Positions 58,195 to 64,000 of a stretch of 64,000 nt of DNA are shown here, in pieces. Made by a program: the position numbers and the translations under genes. The first letter of the stretch is position 1, and each line of letters begins with the position of its first letter. The notes under the pieces are model-generated. The model saw nothing but the letters and a program-made list of their open reading frames with translations. It ran no database searches and had not been told where the DNA came from. Source of the stretch: Candidatus Poribacteria bacterium (GTDB lineage: Bacteria; Poribacteria; WGA-4E; PCPOR2b); NCBI GenBank assembly GCA_965208675.1, contig OZ242351.1, forward strand, positions 2,560,001 through 2,624,000, given 5' to 3'.

Positions 58195-60138
58195 ATGATA
58201 GAACGATTAAACAAAGCGCGATCCTCTCGTGCACTTCTCATCTCTTTGGTAATTCATCTTTGTCTACTCATCGCATGGACAATTGTAATTTATCGCCAGC
58301 AGGAAGAAGATTTGAAGGACGCAGTTGCCGTTGAATTCGTTGACGAAGAAGACTTGCCCCAGCCGCGTCGAAAGGTGCTTAAACCCTTACCACGCCTTTT
58401 TGTTCCACGTCAAGACCATGCACCGGTGCCAGACCAACCGCAAACCGTCAAGTTGCAGGCTACCCAACATCCTATTAACGAAACCTTAAATCTATCAGAA
58501 CGCCTTTTACAGCACAGCGCATCAGTCAATCAGAGCAACCCTCAAGACAGACTGCCCGATGTCATGACAGCAACGCAGCAACTCAACAGCCGCGAAGTAA
58601 GTATCCCTTCGGTTTCAACCCTCGCCCTACCTGATGATGGGGACGGCGTAAAAAGTTTCCGACAACGCGTTCAAGGGAATGGATCCGGCGGCCTTGATAT
58701 GTTTGAATCGACAGGCACGGCAGACGTAGGTCCGATCGGAAGCCGTTCAGGCGGAGGCGGCATAGTACCAGACGAAAATCCTTTCGCAGAAGCATTGCGC
58801 GAAATCGCCGAGCATGTCATCAATACACGGCAAAAAGATAGGGTTAATGTCGTGTTTGTGCTTGACACTAGCGCAAGTATGCGGGATAACATTCAACAGG
58901 TCGCCGATTACCTCTATGCTATGACTGATGCATACACCGACATTAATCTCGAATATTATCTTGGTATGTTAGAATTCAGTGTGAAACAGGGAGGACAGTC
59001 CGTAAAAACAATTCCGCTTATGCCGGATGTAGCGCTGCTGCGCCACCGAATGAAGAACGTTCAGCTAAGTGGCGACGAACGTGCGCTCGACGCATTGATG
59101 TCAACCTTGAGTTTTATTCAATTTCATGGAGACGCTGACAAACATTTGGTGTTGGTGACAGATGAACCTGCCACAACGAGTTTGCGAAAAGCCGGTGCAA
59201 TCAAGGAGATGCGTGAGAAGGTGTTAGACAATTACACATCGCAAGACATTCACGTCAACGTTCTAGGTCACACTGACTCATTTCAGCAACGCCTTGCCGA
59301 AGCAACGGATGGGCTTTGGCAAGAGATACCGGGTGGGACTTCCAAGCCAGGAAGTCTACTAGCAGCACACCATTCGAATGACAGGCGGGTGCGTGAAAAC
59401 GTAAAGTTACAGAAGTTACTCGGAAATGTGCGAAAAATTGTTAAAGAAATCGCTCGTGGAGGTCATAATTCGAATCCTGAGGCCCATATGCAACCCTCTC
59501 ACCAAAGCGGCGGCGAGTTCCCAGCGTCGCAGGACGCACGGCATTTGCTGGCGAATGAAATAGAAACGACACCGGCAGGTGTTCCAAGAATAAGGGCGGC
59601 GCCAAAATTCAATCACGCAAAGGTTGACGTTATAATAATGCTTGATTGCAGCCGTAGTATGAGCAGAAAAATGGAATCAGTTATGTTCAGCATAAGTGAA
59701 TTTCTTGGAAAATTGGACCTCCGGCCGATTAACTATCGAATCGGGCTGATTCGTTTTGCGGAAGCGAAGGACGCCATCAAATCAATTGATGGAACTGTTG
59801 TCACGCAGATGCCAATTAGCAAAGGGTTGTTAAAAAGACTTACGAATATTCCCTTCGGAGGCGATGAACATTTTATCGACGCCGTCGTAGAGGGGTTACC
59901 CCAGATTCGCTTTCGTTCCGATGCGAGGCGTGCTCTTTTAGCTTTTACAGATGAACCCAGCACAGGTAACCATTCCCCACAACAAGCGATTGAAATCTGC
60001 CAATCCTTGGGCGTTCGGGCTTATGTCATTGGCATCACCGGTGATGGCAGCGATTTTCAATCAATGCTAGCTCAAAAAACGCATGGCCTCGCCTTCCCAA
60101 TGCCCAATAGCTTCTCTAAACCATATCCCTACCAATAA
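58195..60138 (+). CDS. Membrane-anchored protein with two vWA domains
   Basis: N-terminal SLVIH TM; DTSASM and DCSRSM MIDAS motifs; TDEP twice. Confidence 0.8.
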   Translation: MIERLNKARSSRALLISLVIHLCLLIAWTIVIYRQQEEDLKDAVAVEFVDEEDLPQPRRKVLKPLPRLFVPRQDHAPVPDQPQTVKLQATQHPINETLNLSERLLQHSASVNQSNPQDRLPDVMTATQQLNSREVSIPSVSTLALPDDGDGVKSFRQRVQGNGSGGLDMFESTGTADVGPIGSRSGGGGIVPDENPFAEALREIAEHVINTRQKDRVNVVFVLDTSASMRDNIQQVADYLYAMTDAYTDINLEYYLGMLEFSVKQGGQSVKTIPLMPDVALLRHRMKNVQLSGDERALDALMSTLSFIQFHGDADKHLVLVTDEPATTSLRKAGAIKEMREKVLDNYTSQDIHVNVLGHTDSFQQRLAEATDGLWQEIPGGTSKPGSLLAAHHSNDRRVRENVKLQKLLGNVRKIVKEIARGGHNSNPEAHMQPSHQSGGEFPASQDARHLLANEIETTPAGVPRIRAAPKFNHAKVDVIIMLDCSRSMSRKMESVMFSISEFLGKLDLRPINYRIGLIRFAEAKDAIKSIDGTVVTQMPISKGLLKRLTNIPFGGDEHFIDAVVEGLPQIRFRSDARRALLAFTDEPSTGNHSPQQAIEICQSLGVRAYVIGITGDGSDFQSMLAQKTHGLAFPMPNSFSKPYPYQ

Positions 60139-60535
60139 GCCTTCACGATCTCAACAAAGTCAGTTAATCTGACAACTTACCGTAAATGCGAAGTTTGCGA
60201 GTATCACGTTAAATTTGCCAAGTTTATATGATTAACGAATGACTACTACTACTCACCGGAGGCATGCAAAAATTGCACAATTATGAAAAATTTGCACCAT
60301 GAATTCAACGCTCATCGGCAATCAGAGGTCATGCCTGAAAAACCAACTTCATACGTTAGGAGTATAAACAGAAGCCTACCCAATTGATACCGTGAAGGAC
60401 GCCCTTATCCATCCTGCATAGTGTTTGCCATTGGTAATGGCACGAAAAATAACGCCATTCCTAAAGCGCTAAACCACCCCGTGAACTATCCCCTTAGAAC
60501 ATGGAATGAAATTGACAATCCCCGAGTTATGGTTA

Positions 60536-60551
60536 TTGGCATAATTCTTGC
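60536..60551 (+). promoter_or_regulatory. sigma54 -24/-12 promoter
   Basis: TTGGCATAATTCTTGC matches TGGCAY-N5-TTGC. Confidence 0.6.
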
Positions 60552-60601
60552 GCCTTCATGCTTTTAAAGTCAGCGATTTTTAGCGGAATAGGTGACCATA
60601 A

Positions 60602-61180
60602 ATGGCGCAGGAATTACAACGCAAAGGCATTCACCTGATTGGACTAATCGTCCCTATTGTCTATTCGTTCACCGAACAGCGTACAATAATCGTCATTGTC
60701 GGCATACTTACTCTCATCGCTCTGCTGATAGAGCTATTGAAATGGTTGTCGCCGTCGTTTCTCAATTTATTCGTCCGGATATTTTCCCCAATGTTACGCC
60801 CTCAAGAACGAAAAGGAGGGTTTACCGGCGCGACATACTACCTTATTGGATCGTTTGTTTGCGTATTTGTTTTCGATAAAACGCTTGCTATCGTTTGCAT
60901 CTGTTTTCTCATATTAGGGGATTTGTTTGCAGCCATAATCGGCAAACAATGGGGACGAACAAAGCTAATTTCGCAAAAAAGCTTAGAGGGTAGTCTCGCG
61001 TGTTTCACGGTGTGCGCATTGATTGCACTATTGATGAAAATCCATCCGATTATTGCGCTCACTGGAGCTGCCGTGGCGACACTGATTGAACTCTTCCCGC
61101 TTGGATTGGATGACAATGTGGCAATGCCGTTAATTTCGGGCGCCGTGATGCACCTGATGATTAACAATTGGCAGTTTTAA
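60602..61180 (+). CDS. Dolichol/phytol kinase - cytidylyltransferase-like membrane protein (SEC59/VTE5 family)
   Basis: RKGIH, GD.FAAIIG, KSLEGS, DDNV.MP. Confidence 0.85.
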   Translation: MAQELQRKGIHLIGLIVPIVYSFTEQRTIIVIVGILTLIALLIELLKWLSPSFLNLFVRIFSPMLRPQERKGGFTGATYYLIGSFVCVFVFDKTLAIVCICFLILGDLFAAIIGKQWGRTKLISQKSLEGSLACFTVCALIALLMKIHPIIALTGAAVATLIELFPLGLDDNVAMPLISGAVMHLMINNWQF

Positions 61181-61480
61181 ATTCTGCGTACCATTGCCCT
61201 TACTCCGCGCTTCGCTTCCTCCCTTGTTGCGTTTCCTCCGATTTCCTCAACCGTTGAACGGACTCGCGCATTCACCCGCTTGGCACCATACTAGCGAATA
61301 AATTCCCCAAACCACAAATTAAGCCGCTGATTCGGACTGGTTGTGATAATCCGTCGTACCTTGTCGAAATTCTGTTTTCAATTACGGCTATGCTATGTTA
61401 AAATGTAGCTATTCATCTCCTGCAGGGAAATCCCAACCCAAGTTTTATGCCCGCATTTCCGTATCGCCGCACTGTTCTTC

Positions 61481-62599
61481 ATGGCAAAAATCGGTCTTGA
61501 ACACATTACAAAACGCTTTGGCAACGTCGTTGCCGTCAATGATTTAACCGTCGAAATCCATGATGGGGAATTTTTCTTTTTGCTAGGGCCGTCCGGCTGC
61601 GGCAAGACTACGACACTTAGAGTAATTGCTGGGTTGGATGGTTCCGATGAAGGCGCTATTTTCATTGATGGGAGACAGGTAAATCATCTGCAGCCCGCGG
61701 ATCGAGACATCGCGTTTGTATTTCAATTTTACGCGCTTTATCCACACCTGACCGCCTATGACAACATCGCATTCCCGCTCAAAGCGGTAAAAGTGCCCAA
61801 ACCCGAAATCCGGAACAGGGTAGGAGAGGTCGCATCAACCTTGCAAATTGAGCACCTTCTGAACCGAAAGCCGGGAAATTTGAGCGGCGGCGAAATGCAG
61901 CGTGTCGCACTTGGCAGAGCGATGGTACGCCGTCCGAGAGCGTTTTTGATGGATGAACCGATGGCAAACCTCGACGCGAAGCTTCGGGTCGATACGCGTT
62001 CAGAACTCAAACACCTACAGCGTGAAATCGGAACAACGACGGTCTTCGTCACTCACGACCAGGTCGAAGCCATGTCAATGGCAGATCGAATCGCCGTCAT
62101 GCACGAGGGCGTGTTACAGCAGCTTGGCGCTCCACAGGAAGTTTACAACCAGCCGAAAAGCCTGTTTGTCGCTGAATTCATGGGAAGCCCATCAATGAAT
62201 TTGATTGATGGAGAGATTCAATCGCAAGCCGGAGAATCTATCTTACAATTGACCCACACCGATATCGGATTACCGATATCCGGCAAACAGATGGCACGAG
62301 TTCAACGCGAAGCCACAAACAACAAACTGGTTTTCGGTGTCCGTCCCGAACACATTGTTGTATCCAAAGAGCCAATCAATGGAAAAATTCAGGCATCGGT
62401 ACATCTTGTAGAATCCCTAGGGTCAGCCAATATTGTTGATACTTTCGTCGGAGAGAATTCAGACGCGGGCAATTTGATTGTATTTAGGGCACGCACTCAT
62501 CCCGCATTTCAAGTAGAAACCGGACAATCTGTTTGGCTGGATTTTGACGAGCAACACACCCACCTTTTCGACCGGTATACAGGAAAAGCTATCCGCTGA
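61481..62599 (+). CDS. Sugar ABC transporter ATP-binding protein (MalK-like)
   Basis: GPSGCGKTT, LSGGEMQR, MDEP, VTHDQ, GVRPEH. Confidence 0.92.
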   Translation: MAKIGLEHITKRFGNVVAVNDLTVEIHDGEFFFLLGPSGCGKTTTLRVIAGLDGSDEGAIFIDGRQVNHLQPADRDIAFVFQFYALYPHLTAYDNIAFPLKAVKVPKPEIRNRVGEVASTLQIEHLLNRKPGNLSGGEMQRVALGRAMVRRPRAFLMDEPMANLDAKLRVDTRSELKHLQREIGTTTVFVTHDQVEAMSMADRIAVMHEGVLQQLGAPQEVYNQPKSLFVAEFMGSPSMNLIDGEIQSQAGESILQLTHTDIGLPISGKQMARVQREATNNKLVFGVRPEHIVVSKEPINGKIQASVHLVESLGSANIVDTFVGENSDAGNLIVFRARTHPAFQVETGQSVWLDFDEQHTHLFDRYTGKAIR

Positions 62600-62735
62600 T
62601 TGCCGCTAGAGTATTCGATTGGTGTGCATGAAAAATGCCCGTTACGATTGAATTTTAACTCTAAATTATTTAGTGTGAGCGGGGCGTGTTAGAGGGTTGC
62701 GGACAGATATGGGGGAAACAAAAGGGATAAAAAAA

Positions 62736-63557
62736 ATGGAAAGAATTCCATGTTGTTTAGTAGCTGTGGATTTGGACGGAACGCTACTAAACGACGATTA
62801 CATTATTTCCGAGCGGAACTGTAGAGCACTTCGGGCTTTAACGGCGCAAGGAGTTATCGTGGTGCTTGCCTCAGGTAGAATGCACCAATCAATCTTGCCA
62901 ATCAGTAACAAGATTGGGTTAGAGAATCCGATAATTTCATACAACGGCGGGATGGTTAAACATGCCACAACTGAAAAGGTTTTCCATCACAGCCCTATTC
63001 CTGCCAAAATTGCAACTGAGCTTGTTGAATATTGCGATACGCGGCGGTTGCATTTCAATTTTTGCTTAAACGATAGGTTGTATGTTAAAACGCGCAATCA
63101 GTGGAGTCAACTCTACGAGGAAAGAACAGGGGTGCCGGCTGCGGTTCTTGACAATCTCCATCAACTGTATGGAGAAACCCCCACCAAGATGCAGATAATA
63201 GATACACCGGAAAGAATTAAGCGCCTTCTGACTGAATTAGAAGAAAGCTTTGGAGAACGTCTGTATGTTACACGAACACAGATTGAATATATTGAGTTTA
63301 TGAATCCTCATGTGTCAAAGGGACGGGCATTAAAAACACTCGCGGCTCAAATCAATGTCCCCATGAAACTCGTTGTTGCTGTCGGAGATGGTTACAACGA
63401 TGAAAGCATGATGAAGGTCGCGGGATTTCGTATTGCGATGGGCAATTCTGTGGACGAGATAAAAGCGTGCGCGGACTACATTACAGAAACCAATCAAAAC
63501 GACGGCGTCGCCAAGGCGGTTGAACAACTCCTACTACCCGAGGCAGTTAGAACATAA
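62736..63557 (+). CDS. Cof-type HAD-IIB hydrolase
   Basis: DLDGTLL, ASGR, SKG, GDGYND, AMGN. Confidence 0.92.
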   Translation: MERIPCCLVAVDLDGTLLNDDYIISERNCRALRALTAQGVIVVLASGRMHQSILPISNKIGLENPIISYNGGMVKHATTEKVFHHSPIPAKIATELVEYCDTRRLHFNFCLNDRLYVKTRNQWSQLYEERTGVPAAVLDNLHQLYGETPTKMQIIDTPERIKRLLTELEESFGERLYVTRTQIEYIEFMNPHVSKGRALKTLAAQINVPMKLVVAVGDGYNDESMMKVAGFRIAMGNSVDEIKACADYITETNQNDGVAKAVEQLLLPEAVRT

Positions 63558-63573
63558 TTCCACTTGTCCATAC

Positions 63574-63849
63574 TCATGCTTGTAGAGGGCGGCGAACTTT
63601 TAAACTGGAGACCGGAATATTTGCAACGAGCGCCATCGACTGCCCCTCCCGTTGCATCTCCATCTCAATTCCGTCTTGTTCAAGTTCAAAATATCTTGAC
63701 AATAGCGCTGTCATGTCCGTCTGCAAGGCTTTCATAAGTTGTTCATCAATGCCAATCCGATCTTGAACCAAGATTAATTGTAGGCGACTCTTGGCAGTAT
63801 CTTTACTTCTCTGATTCCGATGAAATAGTTTCAGCAATTGCTTGAGCAT
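63574..63849 (-). CDS. minE: Cell division topological specificity factor MinE
   Basis: SKDTAKSRLQLILVQDR...ALVANIPV. Confidence 0.92.
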   Translation of the reverse strand: MLKQLLKLFHRNQRSKDTAKSRLQLILVQDRIGIDEQLMKALQTDMTALLSRYFELEQDGIEMEMQREGQSMALVANIPVSSLKVRRPLQA

Positions 63850-63863
63850 GCTTTTCTCCCCTG

Positions 63864-64000
63864 TTAACTTACCTTGGACGAATTGAAATTGAACAAGAAT
63901 TTAAACCAGCCGCCGGCTTTGAATTCTGGAATTTGCACGTCCTCTCCTTCAATCCGCCTCGCAATTCGCCTGTAAGCTTGTCCACCATGCGATTGGTGAT
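63864..64000 (-). CDS. minD: MinD C-terminus (partial)
   Basis: My translation: GQAYRRIARRIEGEDV...GWFKFLF (amphipathic helix), directly upstream of minE. Confidence 0.85.
   Translation of the reverse strand, partial: HQSHGGQAYRRIARRIEGEDVQIPEFKAGGWFKFLFNFNSSKVS

Overview
Bacterial chromosomal window, most consistent with Candidatus Poribacteria. This is an inference from the dockerin plus 'ETALLPNYPNPFNPETWIPY' C-terminus, the 'VEAKAKLVTTWARLK' C-terminal tag, and the cadherin, WD40 and PhyH genes. From left to right it holds: the 3' part of a giant cadherin/Ig-repeat surface protein; an IS3-family element; a ~22 kb iron/heme acquisition island of three apparent operons (porin-imelysin-DHOR-Rieske-IsdG; FecA-like TonB receptor-DUF4856-GT-C-flavoprotein; HmuR-like receptor-HmuY x2-HmuTUV), each headed by the same 21-bp Fur-like operator; a REP/MITE-rich plastic zone (29-46.5 kb) with small secreted genes, segmental duplications, a 420-bp tandem gene array and an integrase scar; and mostly housekeeping genes (WD40 protein, hisD, a degenerate EF-Tu paralog, S55 peptidase, ADH, PhyH, vWA, ABC ATPase, Cof, minE, end of minD). 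The most striking unexplained signal is a pair of homologous structured non-coding RNAs (13083-13242 and 20988-21107). Each lies on the minus strand with its own sigma70-like promoter, between the Fur-like box and the first gene of a TonB-receptor operon, so it is antisense to the operon leader. All family assignments come from motif recognition by eye; no searches were run.
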